From contig OZ242180.1 in the NCBI GenBank assembly GCA_965205485.1, positions 4,448,001 to 4,512,000 on the forward strand: 64,000 nucleotides of DNA. The letters are read 5' to 3'. Shown in pieces: positions 38,481 to 48,450 of this stretch. Position 1 is the stretch's first letter; every line of letters begins with the position of its first letter. The notes under the pieces are model-generated. The model was not told the DNA's origin and made no database searches. It worked only from the letters and a program-made list of their open reading frames with translations. Source of the DNA: Candidatus Latescibacterota bacterium. Its GTDB lineage: Bacteria; Latescibacterota; UBA2968; GCA-2709665. The translations under genes were made by a program, and so were the position numbers.

Positions 38481-39383
38481 TCAGGTCCTTGGATCCAGGG
38501 CGTCGCGCAATCCGTCTCCAAGCAGGTTGAATGCCAATACGGTCAGAAAAATCGCCACACCCGGAAACGTCAATACCCACGGCGCCCGAAGGACCAGTTC
38601 CCGTCCGCCGGTCAGCATGGCGCCCCACTCCGGCGCGGGCGGCTGCGCCCCCAATCCCAGGAAGCTCAGACCGGCCGCATCGAGGATTGCGGTAGCCAGA
38701 CCGAGCGTGGACTGCACGATCAGGGGCGTCAGACAGTTCGGGAGAACCGAAAAGAACAGGATATGGAAATCCCCCGCGCCAAGCGCCCGGACAGCCTGAA
38801 CGTAGTCCTGTCCGCGCACGGAGAGTGCGGATGCCCGTACCAGCCGGGCATATTGGGGCACCGCGACGATTCCGACCGCCAGCATCGCATTCTCCAACCC
38901 GGGGCCCAGGATCGCCACAATGGCGATAGCCAGGAGGATGCTGGGAAATGCGAGCATCAGGTCCATCGCACGCATCAACACCTGATCCAGCGCGCCGCCC
39001 CAGTACCCGGACACGAGGCCGATGGGAACGCCCAGTACCAGTGCGATCAGCACCGCGACAACCCCAATCCGCAGCGAAATCCGCGCACCGTGAATGACGC
39101 GGCTCAGAACGTCCCTTCCAAAGTCGTCCGTGCCGAACGGATACGCCAGCGACGGCGGCTGGAGACGTTCATAGAGATTCTGGGCATAGGGATCATGCGG
39201 CGCCGCCAGTGGCGCGGCGATAGCCAGCACCAGGAAGCCCAGCAGCAGCACGCCGCCCGCGGCCGCCAGCCGGTTCTTCAGGAGCCGTTTCCAGAACAGC
39301 CCGCCCCAGCCTGCGCCGGGCAGGACCTGCGGCATGTCGGCTTCAATAAACGTTCCCCCTGCCGGATGGGATGATCTGTTCAT
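38481..39383 (-). CDS. peptide/nickel ABC transporter permease (DppC-like)
   Basis: PFGTDDFGRDVLSR, EAA-like loop, LSFLGLG, LLGDGLRDALDP. Confidence 0.92.
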   Translation of the reverse strand: MNRSSHPAGGTFIEADMPQVLPGAGWGGLFWKRLLKNRLAAAGGVLLLGFLVLAIAAPLAAPHDPYAQNLYERLQPPSLAYPFGTDDFGRDVLSRVIHGARISLRIGVVAVLIALVLGVPIGLVSGYWGGALDQVLMRAMDLMLAFPSILLAIAIVAILGPGLENAMLAVGIVAVPQYARLVRASALSVRGQDYVQAVRALGAGDFHILFFSVLPNCLTPLIVQSTLGLATAILDAAGLSFLGLGAQPPAPEWGAMLTGGRELVLRAPWVLTFPGVAIFLTVLAFNLLGDGLRDALDPRT

Positions 39384-40393
39384 GCGTTCTTCCGGTGTCT
39401 GATGCGCGGGTCCAGCCACGCGTACATCACGTCCGCGATGAGATTGATGAGCGCGAACATCAACGCAACCAGCAGCACCCCGCCCTGAACGGCCCTGAAG
39501 TCTCTCGAATAAACCGCCAGCAGCAGCCACCGTCCCACCCCCGGCCACGCGAAGATCGTCTCCGTAATGACGGCGCCGCCGAGCAGGAATCCGAACTGCA
39601 GGCTGATTACGGTCAACACGGGAATGAACGCATTCTTCAGCGCATGCCGGAAGATGACGATCCGTTCCGACAGTCCCTTCGCCCACGCCGTTCGTACGTA
39701 ATCCTCCTTGAGAACATCCAGGAGGCTGGATCGCGTCATACGCGCGATCACCGCCATCGGCACGGTGCCCAGCGTAAGACCGGGCAGCACGAGATGCCAG
39801 ACGGCGTCGCCGAAAGCCCGCCCGTCACGGGCCAGCAGGCTGTCGACCAGATAGAGTCCGGTCACCTTCGGAATGAAAAGATGGGTGCTGAGCCGTCCCG
39901 ATACGGGGAACAACCCCAGAAAGACCGACATCACCAGAATAACCATCAGGCCCAGCCAGAAAATCGGCATCGACAGCCCCGCCAGGGAAACCGTCATACC
40001 GAGGTAATCCATGACGGTTCCCTTTCGGGATGCCGAAACCACGCCCGCAACGATCCCGACCCCGCAGGCCAGCAACATGCTGACCAACGTCAGTTCGAGC
40101 GTGGCGGGAAATCTGGCCAGCAACTCGGAGGAGACTTTCGCATGGGACTTGAAGGAACGCCCCAGGTCGCCCTGAACCAGCCCCCACAGGTACAGACCGA
40201 GCTGAACGTGCAACTCCTGATCCAGTCCCAGTTGCCTGCGCAGCTCCGCCACCTGTTCCGCGCTGGCCCGCTCACCCAGCATCACCTGCGCCGGGTCGCC
40301 CGGAACGAAGTGTACCATCAGGAAAACCAGGACGACGATTCCCAGCAGCATGGGGACAAGGAGAAACAGCCGTTTCAGGATGTAGACGCCCAT
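39380..40393 (-). CDS. peptide/nickel ABC transporter permease (DppB-like)
   Basis: PGDPA, GDLGRS, EDYVRTAWAKGL, ETIFAWPG. Confidence 0.92.
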   Translation of the reverse strand: MGVYILKRLFLLVPMLLGIVVLVFLMVHFVPGDPAQVMLGERASAEQVAELRRQLGLDQELHVQLGLYLWGLVQGDLGRSFKSHAKVSSELLARFPATLELTLVSMLLACGVGIVAGVVSASRKGTVMDYLGMTVSLAGLSMPIFWLGLMVILVMSVFLGLFPVSGRLSTHLFIPKVTGLYLVDSLLARDGRAFGDAVWHLVLPGLTLGTVPMAVIARMTRSSLLDVLKEDYVRTAWAKGLSERIVIFRHALKNAFIPVLTVISLQFGFLLGGAVITETIFAWPGVGRWLLLAVYSRDFRAVQGGVLLVALMFALINLIADVMYAWLDPRIRHRKNA

Positions 40394-40452
40394 CACTCGC
40401 ATTGCCTCTCAGGTTCCGGATCCGGGGTCGCCATGCGGACGTTCCTGCGCGT

Positions 40453-42015
40453 TCAATCCGTTTCCGCGATCCGCACGTTCTGGAACCACTTGCTGCCGGT
40501 AGGATGAAGCGTGAAGCCGGTTACCGTTTTCTTGAATGCGGCGGTCTGCGCCGCGTGCACCAGGGGCACCCATGGCGCATCCTCGAACACGATTTCCTGC
40601 GCCTTCCGGTAAAGCCCGGTCCTGACGGTGAGGTCAACCTCCCGCTGCGCCTGCACCAGCACCTCGTGCAGTTCGTCGCTGCGGTAGAACGCTATATTGT
40701 TGGCGGGATGTTGTGTCGCACTCTTGTCGAGCAGGACGTACAGGAAATTGTCGGGATCGCCGTTGTCGCCCGTCCAGCCCAGGAGCGCCATATCGTGCTG
40801 CCCTCTGGAAACCTTGTCCAGATAGGTTCCCCATTCGTAGCTCACGATTTCGGCCCGGATACCCACTGCCTGCAGGTCGGCCTGGATGGCCTGGGCGATC
40901 TTTCTCGGCTGCGGCATATACGGGCGCGGCACCGGCATGGCCCATAGCGTGGTCTCGAATCCCTCCGCATAGCCGGCCTCGGACAACAGCTCCCGGGCCC
41001 GTTCCGGATCGTAGCCGTATCCTTCGACCCCTTCATGATAGCTCCACATCGAGGGTGGAATCGGGTTGACCGCCGGCAATGCAAGACCCTGATACAGATT
41101 GTCCACCAGCGCCTGTTTGTTGATGGCGTGGTTCACCGCCCTTCGCACCTTTAGAAGGTGGAACGGCGCCCGGTCCATATTCATGGCCATATACCCGACG
41201 TTCATACCCGGCTGAGTCAGGAGCCGGAGGTGTGGGTGTTCTTCGATATTCGGAATGAAGTCGGGCACCAGATGGTCCATTCCGTCAATCGAACCCTGGA
41301 TGAGCGCGATCAGGCGCACGGAATTCTCCGGAATGCTCCTGAAGATAAGCCTGTCGATCTGAGGCGCATCGCCCCAATAGTCGGGATTTCGCTCCAGCAC
41401 CACGCGGTCGTCCTTGATCCACTGCACAAATCGAAACGGACCCGTGCCCACGGGGTGCCTGGGAAAGTCCGCGCCGTGCTTCCGTACGGCGGAGGGGCTC
41501 ACGATCCCGCAGAAATTCATCGCGAGATTCGACAGAAACGGCGCATTGGGACGCGTCAGCTCTATGGAGACCGTATGATCGTCCACTTTCTTCACGTCGC
41601 TGACGATTTCGCTCATCGACATGCTGTTCCAATACTGAAACGCGCCTTCCACACGATGAAACGGATGGTCGGGCTTGAACTGCCGGGCAAGCGAGAACAC
41701 CACGGCGTCCGCATTGAACGGTGTGCCGTCGTGAAACAAGACGTTTCGCCTGAGCTTGAAGGTCCACGTCTTCAGGTCGTCCGACGCGGTCCAGGACGCC
41801 GCCAGGCCGGGCGCCAATTCGGTGTTTTCCGGCCTGAAGGTGACCAGGTTATCGTAGATATTGTCGCAGACCTTGAATGACTCACCGTCGGTCTCCAGTG
41901 CGGGATCCAGCCCCACGGTATCGCCGCCCCTGCCAAACACCAGTGTCCTGGGGCGATCGGCCTCGCAGGCAACGACGGCAGAAAACAGGAACAGAATCAG
42001 AAAGCGCATCCACAC
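40453..42015 (-). CDS. peptide ABC transporter substrate-binding lipoprotein (DppA-like)
   Basis: Lipobox-like VVAC, PGLAASW, FHDGTPFNADAV, PVGTGPF, GWTGDNGDPDNF. Confidence 0.92.
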   Translation of the reverse strand: MWMRFLILFLFSAVVACEADRPRTLVFGRGGDTVGLDPALETDGESFKVCDNIYDNLVTFRPENTELAPGLAASWTASDDLKTWTFKLRRNVLFHDGTPFNADAVVFSLARQFKPDHPFHRVEGAFQYWNSMSMSEIVSDVKKVDDHTVSIELTRPNAPFLSNLAMNFCGIVSPSAVRKHGADFPRHPVGTGPFRFVQWIKDDRVVLERNPDYWGDAPQIDRLIFRSIPENSVRLIALIQGSIDGMDHLVPDFIPNIEEHPHLRLLTQPGMNVGYMAMNMDRAPFHLLKVRRAVNHAINKQALVDNLYQGLALPAVNPIPPSMWSYHEGVEGYGYDPERARELLSEAGYAEGFETTLWAMPVPRPYMPQPRKIAQAIQADLQAVGIRAEIVSYEWGTYLDKVSRGQHDMALLGWTGDNGDPDNFLYVLLDKSATQHPANNIAFYRSDELHEVLVQAQREVDLTVRTGLYRKAQEIVFEDAPWVPLVHAAQTAAFKKTVTGFTLHPTGSKWFQNVRIAETD

Positions 42016-42031
42016 GACGATCTCTCCTTCC

Positions 42032-42086
42032 GAAGTTGTATTAAAGTCCCCTGCGGTTTTCGCACCGGGAATGCCAACACAGCTTC
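42032..42086. mobile_element. MITE family A, short copy (55 bp)
   Basis: GAAGTTGTATTAAAGTCCCCTGCGGTTTTCGC ... ACAGCTTC, related to the left end of 36776-36961. Confidence 0.6.
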
Positions 42087-42210
42087 TAAGAAAAAGCGGC
42101 CGGCAGGCCTGATGACACGCCCTGCTGACCGCGGGTTCCGCGTCCCTATTGCAAGTTGCGATTCAGCAATCGGCTACCTGGACGGAACGCGTGAATCCAA
42201 CATTCGTCGA

Positions 42211-43209
42211 CTACTCCGCGAACGCCGCGTCGAAGGCCACGGCCGACGGTTCGAAGTCCACGCTGTTCACAAAGGCGCATGCTTCCGCCGCTCCATGTTC
42301 CCGGTCCATCCCCGAGTCTTCCCACTCCACGGACAGGGGCCCGCCATAGCCGATGTCATTCAGGGCGCGCACGATCTCTTCGAAGTCCACGCTGCCGCGA
42401 CCCAGGGACCGGAAATCCCAGGAACGATCGGGGTCGCCAAACTCGGTGTGGCCGCCGAAAATCCCCGCTCGCGTGGGCATCGGCGACAGGTACGCGTCTT
42501 TCATATGCACGTGATAGATGCGGTCCCTGAACTCCCGGATAAACGCCACGTAGTCCACATTCTGATAGACGAGGTGGCTCGGATCGTAATTGAAGCCGAA
42601 CTCGCTCCGGCCACCCACCGCCGCGACCGCCCGTGCGGCAGAGGCGATATCGAACGCGATTTCCGTTGGATGCACCTCGAGAGCAAACCGGACGCCGTGC
42701 TTCGCAAACGCATCGAGAATGGGATTCCATCGATCCGCGAAATCCCGGAAACCGGCGTCGATCGCATCCGGGGACACCGGCGGAAACGAATACAGCAGGT
42801 GCCAGACGGACGATCCCGTAAAACCGTTCACCACGCTGACGCCCAGCGCCTTTGCCGCTTCCGCCGACGTCACCATGTCCTCGGCCGCCCGTCGTTTCAC
42901 GCCTTCCGGTTCGCCGTCGCCCCACACGTGCGGGGGCAGTATCGACTGGTGGCGTTCGTCGATGTTGTCGCAGACCGCCTGCCCCGCGAGATGATTGCTG
43001 ATCGCCCAGAACTTCAGCCCGTGCTTTTCCAGGATTTCGTGCCGGCTCCGGCAATAGCCGTCGCTGGAGGCCGCTTCACGGACGTCCAGATGGTCTCCCC
43101 AGCAGGCCAATTCCAGGCCGTCGTATCCGAACGAGGCCGCTTTCTCCGCCATGACCTCGAGGGGGAGGTCGGCCCACTGACCCGTAAACAAAGTACATGG
43201 TCTCGCCAT
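42211..43209 (-). CDS. sugar phosphate isomerase/epimerase (xylose-isomerase-like TIM barrel)
   Basis: [34 protein letters not shown]. Confidence 0.92.
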   Translation of the reverse strand: MARPCTLFTGQWADLPLEVMAEKAASFGYDGLELACWGDHLDVREAASSDGYCRSRHEILEKHGLKFWAISNHLAGQAVCDNIDERHQSILPPHVWGDGEPEGVKRRAAEDMVTSAEAAKALGVSVVNGFTGSSVWHLLYSFPPVSPDAIDAGFRDFADRWNPILDAFAKHGVRFALEVHPTEIAFDIASAARAVAAVGGRSEFGFNYDPSHLVYQNVDYVAFIREFRDRIYHVHMKDAYLSPMPTRAGIFGGHTEFGDPDRSWDFRSLGRGSVDFEEIVRALNDIGYGGPLSVEWEDSGMDREHGAAEACAFVNSVDFEPSAVAFDAAFAE

Positions 43210-43278
43210 ATCCATCGCTCCTTCCAGCTGCTCCCGGCGCCGCCTGTACCGCAAAGCACACAGGCGAATGCAGGGCTG

Positions 43279-44448
43279 TTATACGTCCGGGACCTCCCGC
43301 CACCGGTCCGATTTCGCCGAATCGCCGGCCGCCTCGAGTACGGCCTGGACCCGCGCGCCTTCCCTGAAATTCGGTGACGCCTCCCGGTCATTGAAGATCG
43401 CTTCGAAAAAGTCCTTGACCTCGTGCACGAACGTATGCTCCCACCCTACGATATGCCCCGGCGGCCACCAGGCCGACATGTAAGGATGTACGCCTTCGTT
43501 CACGATGATCTCGCGGAATCCCTGAATATGCCCTTCGTCCTCGCGGGAATAATACTGCAGTTCGTTCATCTTTTCCAGATTGAACGCGAGACTGCCCTTG
43601 CTTCCGTTGATCTCGAACCGGTTGTGGTTGCGCCTGCCGGCCGCGAAGCGGGTGGCCTCGAACGATCCCAGCGCGCCGTTCGCGAAACGCGCCAGGAACA
43701 GCGTTGCGTCGTCCACCGTCACCGTCCCCATCCGATCGGAATGACCGCCGGTGGCGCCCAGAGACGCGTCGACCGATTCCGCCAGCGGTCGTTCCCTGAT
43801 AAACGTCGTATCGGCGGCAACAACCGATTGTATGTCGCCCACGAGATGCAGCGCGAGGTCGATAATGTGCGCGTTCAGGTCCCCGTGCGGCCCGGAGCCG
43901 GCCTTGTCCTTTTCGAAACGCCAGACCATCGGAAAATCCGGGTCGATGATCCAGTCCTGAAGATAAACAGCCCGCCAGTGATAGATCTGCCCGATCCGGC
44001 CCTCCTCGATCAGCTGCCTGGCCAGTGCGACAGCAGGAACGCGCCGGTAGTTGTAAGCGACCATGGTTTTCGCCTCGCTGCTCTCCGCGGCCCGCAGCAT
44101 GGCCCTGGCTTCGTCCAGGTTGTTTGCAAGCGGCTTCTCGCAGATGACATGCTTGCCGGCCTCGAGGGCGGCGATCGCCATCGGCATATGCAGATTCCCG
44201 GGCGTGCAGATATCGATGACGTCGATATCGTCACGGGCGACCACGTTCTCCCAGTTGGTATCGTACTCCTCCCATCCGAACGTCCGCGCGGCCTCCGACA
44301 CGTTCTCCCGGTTTGAACCGCAGATCACCTTCATGACCGGTTCGACGCCCGTATCGGGAAAGAACATCGACACCTTGCGGAACGCGTTGCTGTGCGCCTT
44401 GCCCATGAACGAATAACCCAGAAGGCCGATGTTCAGTTGCCTGGCCAT
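43279..44448 (-). CDS. Gfo/Idh/MocA oxidoreductase
   Basis: GYSFMGKAH, GKHVICEKP, WWPPGH. Confidence 0.92.
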   Translation of the reverse strand: MARQLNIGLLGYSFMGKAHSNAFRKVSMFFPDTGVEPVMKVICGSNRENVSEAARTFGWEEYDTNWENVVARDDIDVIDICTPGNLHMPMAIAALEAGKHVICEKPLANNLDEARAMLRAAESSEAKTMVAYNYRRVPAVALARQLIEEGRIGQIYHWRAVYLQDWIIDPDFPMVWRFEKDKAGSGPHGDLNAHIIDLALHLVGDIQSVVAADTTFIRERPLAESVDASLGATGGHSDRMGTVTVDDATLFLARFANGALGSFEATRFAAGRRNHNRFEINGSKGSLAFNLEKMNELQYYSREDEGHIQGFREIIVNEGVHPYMSAWWPPGHIVGWEHTFVHEVKDFFEAIFNDREASPNFREGARVQAVLEAAGDSAKSDRWREVPDV

Positions 44449-44480
44449 AAGTTCCCCCTTCTCCGATTCCGGATCCGTAA

Positions 44481-44640
44481 CAGTCCGTTGATAAAGTCGC
44501 TCTGCAGGCGAGGCCGAGCCATTGTGGCCGAAGACAAGGCGCGCGACCGAGTCCCATCCCTTGATTCGGCGAGGGAGCGCAACGCAGTATTTCGACCGCA
44601 ATGGCCGGCCGTAGCCCGGATGGGCTTTTTCAACGGGCTG
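44481..44640. mobile_element. MITE family D, full copy (160 bp) with target-site duplication
   Basis: TIRs CAGTCCGTTGATAAAG / CTTTTTCAACGGGCTG (14/16 match); GTAA direct repeat at 44477-44480 and 44641-44644. Confidence 0.85.
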
Positions 44641-44657
44641 GTAACAGAAACGGCCCC

Positions 44658-44685
44658 AATATATAATTCTGCATTTGCATGTCAA
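44658..44685 (-). promoter_or_regulatory. sigma70-like promoter
   Basis: TTGACA-16 nt-TATATT. Confidence 0.5.
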
Positions 44686-44820
44686 CGCCTAACCGGATTC
44701 GCACTGATCGCCAATTCTTAACCCTGATTCGTAATTCTTCGTGAACGTAAATTCGAATACGTACTGGTTAATAAAGGCGATTAGACGGCGGATTACCAGG
44801 ATACACCGGGTCACTGGACA

Positions 44821-45010
44821 AGTTCGGAACCTCTCCTCCCGGCCCCTCAGATGCGGGTAGACGGGAGACGTAAGACGGGAGAAGATATCCTTGCCCGTTA
44901 ATTTATCCCTCCTTGCCTCCGGCACGAAAAGAAGCCTCACAAGGCAGGTAATCTCTACCCTCTACCGGCTCCCGTCTCACCGCTTTTTGGCTAACCTCTA
45001 CCCGCATTCA
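44821..45010. repeat. heptamer-repeat fold-back element family C, copy 2
   Basis: Reverse complement aligns with 32275-32546 but has fewer heptamer units. Confidence 0.8.
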
Positions 45011-45055
45011 TGCCTTTTGTGGTAAATTTGACTGTAGTTTTTTTTCGAATTGAGG

Positions 45056-46357
45056 TTAATCACTTTTGTGCCCGATGCAGTACAGGTGCGTTGCCGTCCG
45101 CAAAAAAAGCTGCGATCCGGAGGACACCGGAGACGAGAGTGTGTACGTATCGTCCAGTTCATTGGTCGCGAGGACTTCGAACTTCGGGCCGGCAGCCAGT
45201 ACGGTCGTTACGGCATATTCATTCAGGAGGAACAGCTTGCCGTCAGCGAGATGCGGCGAAGCGCTCACTGTGCCCTGCGCCGTTCTCTCGGGACCCCAGA
45301 CGACGGCGCCGGTCTTCGCGTCCAGACACGTCGCCAGGCCGCGATCGTCAACCATGTAGAAGTACCTCCCGTCACAGACCGGTGTGGGCACATCCGGAGC
45401 GGCGGCGCCCTCCCACTTCCATTTCACGTTTCCAGAGACGTCGCCGGTCCCTCCGGCAGCCAGGGCCAGCAGCGGACGCCGCCGGGTCGGCGCATAGATC
45501 ATGCCGTCGACCACCACGGGAGAGCCCACAATTCGATAGTTCCCCCGCTGTTCCGGGTTCAATCCGTTCGCCCGCCATATTTCGTGTCCCGTTGCGGGAT
45601 CGTGCCCCGTCACGCAATCCCCGCCCGTTATGACAATCTGAGTCTTTCCTCCCTGCTTCAACAGCGCGGGGGTCGTGTACGAATCGGGTGATTCCCTTAT
45701 GGCATCGGTCGCACGCGTTTCGCGCCACACCTCTTTACCGCTCCCCGCGTCCAGCGCGACGATGTACGACGCTTCGTCCGTATACGATCCGTGAAGCACC
45801 TGCAGGATAAGCTTGCCGTCGTACAGGATCGGAGAAGACGCGTACCCGAAATTCAGGCCGAATTCGCCGTAGTCACGTTGCATATCGCGCGACCACATGA
45901 CCTTGCCATCCATATTCAGACACGCCACAACGCCGTTTCCCGTAACGGCCCACACGTGCGCGCCGTCCGTAACCGGCGAAGGCGACGTATTGTTGTGCTT
46001 GCGCCACAGATCGTTGCCTTCGTCCAACTTGCGCCGCCAGCGTTCACTGCCGTCCTTTCTGGATAGGCATACAATGAATATCTCCGGTCCGCCAGGCTCC
46101 CGTTCCTCCGGCTTTTGCGCGGGTGACGGAGACATCAGAAAAATGCGGTCGTTCCAGACGATCGGCGTGCTGCCGCTCCAAGAGGGTAATTCAGCCTTCC
46201 AGACGACGTTCTTTTCAAGACTCCAGGACGCGGGTAGATTCGTGGCCGAACTCACCCCGTTCTGCTGCGGGCCGCGCCATTGCGGCCAGTTGTCGGCGTG
46301 AACGCCGGGCGGGAAGAGAAACAACATGCAAAGCCCGCATGCAAGTCGCCCCACCAT
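45056..46357 (-). CDS. secreted PQQ-like beta-propeller protein
   Basis: Signal peptide, NWPQWRGP, repeated SSP...G..W motifs. Confidence 0.88.
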   Translation of the reverse strand: MVGRLACGLCMLFLFPPGVHADNWPQWRGPQQNGVSSATNLPASWSLEKNVVWKAELPSWSGSTPIVWNDRIFLMSPSPAQKPEEREPGGPEIFIVCLSRKDGSERWRRKLDEGNDLWRKHNNTSPSPVTDGAHVWAVTGNGVVACLNMDGKVMWSRDMQRDYGEFGLNFGYASSPILYDGKLILQVLHGSYTDEASYIVALDAGSGKEVWRETRATDAIRESPDSYTTPALLKQGGKTQIVITGGDCVTGHDPATGHEIWRANGLNPEQRGNYRIVGSPVVVDGMIYAPTRRRPLLALAAGGTGDVSGNVKWKWEGAAAPDVPTPVCDGRYFYMVDDRGLATCLDAKTGAVVWGPERTAQGTVSASPHLADGKLFLLNEYAVTTVLAAGPKFEVLATNELDDTYTLSSPVSSGSQLFLRTATHLYCIGHKSD

Positions 46358-46516
46358 GGCAATTCCTCCTTAAGAGTGTGACTTTCGCTTTGATTTTCAT
46401 CCGGTTTGACGGATATTGCCCGGCGACGGTTCCCGCGCTCCGGCAGTTGACCCCGGCAGACGGGATTGACCCCGTGGCTGCCGGTTTCCACAACACAATC
46501 ATTGAAGGGACGAAAC

Positions 46517-47095
46517 ATGCAACTCTTCGACGGCGAATCTCTTGACGGATGGGCAGCCACCGGCAATCCGGACGGCTGGACGGTGGATCGAGGTTGTATC
46601 TACTGCACCGGGGAAAAAGGGGGATACCTGTATTATGTGAACGACCTGTTCAGGAATTTCAAACTGTCGCTCGAGTTCAAACACCCGCCCGGCGCCAACA
46701 GCGGCGTCTTCTTCCGATGGACCGACCTGGACGACCCCGTGCAGACCGGCATCGAAATCCAGATCCTGGACACGCACGGCCGCAGCCCCGCAACCGCCAA
46801 ATGCTGCGGCGCCGTCTATGATGTCCAGGCCCCCACGCGCAATACCTGCAAACCTGCGGGCGAATGGAATGGGATGGTCGTCAGCGCAGTGGAGAACGAC
46901 ATCCAGGTTGATTTGAACGGCGAGCGAGTCACCGAAATGGATTTGAGCCGCTGGACCACCCCGGGACGGAACCCCGACGGCACCCCCAACAAATTCAACC
47001 GGGCATACTGCGAAATGACCGAAACCGGGTACATCGGCCTGCAGGATCACGACAGCCGGATCTGGTTCCGCAACCTGGAAATCGAAAAACGCTGA
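46517..47095 (+). CDS. DUF1080 (3-keto-disaccharide hydrolase-like) protein
   Basis: LFDGESLDGW, NSGVFFR, EIQILD, GYIGLQDH, FRNL. Confidence 0.9.
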   Translation: MQLFDGESLDGWAATGNPDGWTVDRGCIYCTGEKGGYLYYVNDLFRNFKLSLEFKHPPGANSGVFFRWTDLDDPVQTGIEIQILDTHGRSPATAKCCGAVYDVQAPTRNTCKPAGEWNGMVVSAVENDIQVDLNGERVTEMDLSRWTTPGRNPDGTPNKFNRAYCEMTETGYIGLQDHDSRIWFRNLEIEKR

Positions 47096-47174
47096 TATTC
47101 CCGAACAGAAAACCCACCCGCCCCAGTGCCGGTGGGCCGTCGCAAGGGTCGCATTCCACGCCCGGGCCGAAGCC

Positions 47175-48437
47175 CTACAACCCGTAGTGCGCGTTGATCG
47201 GCCCCTGGTATCTGTCCGCGTCACCGCGAAGCATCTCGTCGAGGGTGATCTCCCTACCGAGCAGTCCCGACTCCAGGATCGCGTAGCTCAGCGCCAGATC
47301 GATCGTCCCCTCCACGCCCGACATCCGCACCGGCGAACCGTCACGGATCGCGCGCAGCCAGTCCAGGTTCTCCAGCGCGAATGAATCGGTGATTCCGCCG
47401 GGCATCGCTGCAGCCCGGTCCCATTCCGCGGCCTCATGTTGAAACCGCTTCAGGACGTCTTCCCCGGTCCCGTCCCCGGCGAAGACCTTCCCGTCTGACA
47501 ACGCGCCCGTGCTGCCGAAAACATTCGTGCCTCCCGGAACCCCGATCTGCGTTCCCCTTGCGCTGCGGGCTACCGCGATGTGACCGATCGCTCCGTTCGC
47601 GAGCCTGAAATTGGAGAAGAATACGTCGTCGACCTGGTTTCGGACCTCGTCCGCGACATCGCTGTCGTCGTCAGACATCAACACCCGGACCGGCTCCAGA
47701 ATCCGCCACAGGGCCTGCACCGAATGCACCGGTCCGCAGATCGTCCGAACGCCGTTGAACAGGTGCACCCCCAGATCGATCGACACCCCGCCCCCGGCGC
47801 CCAGCTTCGACTGCCGCCACGGCGTGCGTGCGGCCACCAGATCAGGACGGTGAGACCGGAACCCGATCGCCCCGCGGTAGACCATCTGCACGTCGCCGAT
47901 CAGTCCCTCCCTGACGGCCCACCGGCTCGCACGCACCGCGGGCGTAAAATTCACGTTTTCCGCGACGCTCAACACCGTGTTCGTCTCGGAAGCTACTTCA
48001 CACATCCGCTGTGCGGCCCTTACCGAGATTGCCATCGGCTTCTCGACAATGGCGTGCATGCCGGCCCTCATAGCGTCTATGGCTATCGCGTGGTGCGTAT
48101 CGTGCCCCGTCAGGATGCACACCGCGTCGACCGGCCCGCGTTCCAGCATCTCGCGGTAGTCCGTGTAAACCGCGGTTTCCCGACCGGGATGCAGATCGCT
48201 GATGTACGCGTGCGGGGCATTCAGAGGGTCACCCGGGGCCTCCACCGGCGCGGGTCTGGGTCCGGGTCCTTCGCCCCTCGTTCGAAACCGGATGGCGTCC
48301 TCACGTCTCCTCGCGCAAAGCGCCGTAATCCGGAAGCAATCCCCGAACCCGTTTTCCTGCAGCGTTCGGAACCCGCGCAGGTGTGCGTTCAGGATCCTCC
48401 CGCAACCAATCACGCCGATACGAACCGCGGAAGACAT
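47175..48437 (-). CDS. Gfo/Idh/MocA oxidoreductase
   Basis: GVIGCGRI, HAIVEKP, DLGVH. Confidence 0.88.
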   Translation of the reverse strand: MSSAVRIGVIGCGRILNAHLRGFRTLQENGFGDCFRITALCARRREDAIRFRTRGEGPGPRPAPVEAPGDPLNAPHAYISDLHPGRETAVYTDYREMLERGPVDAVCILTGHDTHHAIAIDAMRAGMHAIVEKPMAISVRAAQRMCEVASETNTVLSVAENVNFTPAVRASRWAVREGLIGDVQMVYRGAIGFRSHRPDLVAARTPWRQSKLGAGGGVSIDLGVHLFNGVRTICGPVHSVQALWRILEPVRVLMSDDDSDVADEVRNQVDDVFFSNFRLANGAIGHIAVARSARGTQIGVPGGTNVFGSTGALSDGKVFAGDGTGEDVLKRFQHEAAEWDRAAAMPGGITDSFALENLDWLRAIRDGSPVRMSGVEGTIDLALSYAILESGLLGREITLDEMLRGDADRYQGPINAHYGL

Positions 48438-48450
48438 AAGCCACCTCTTG

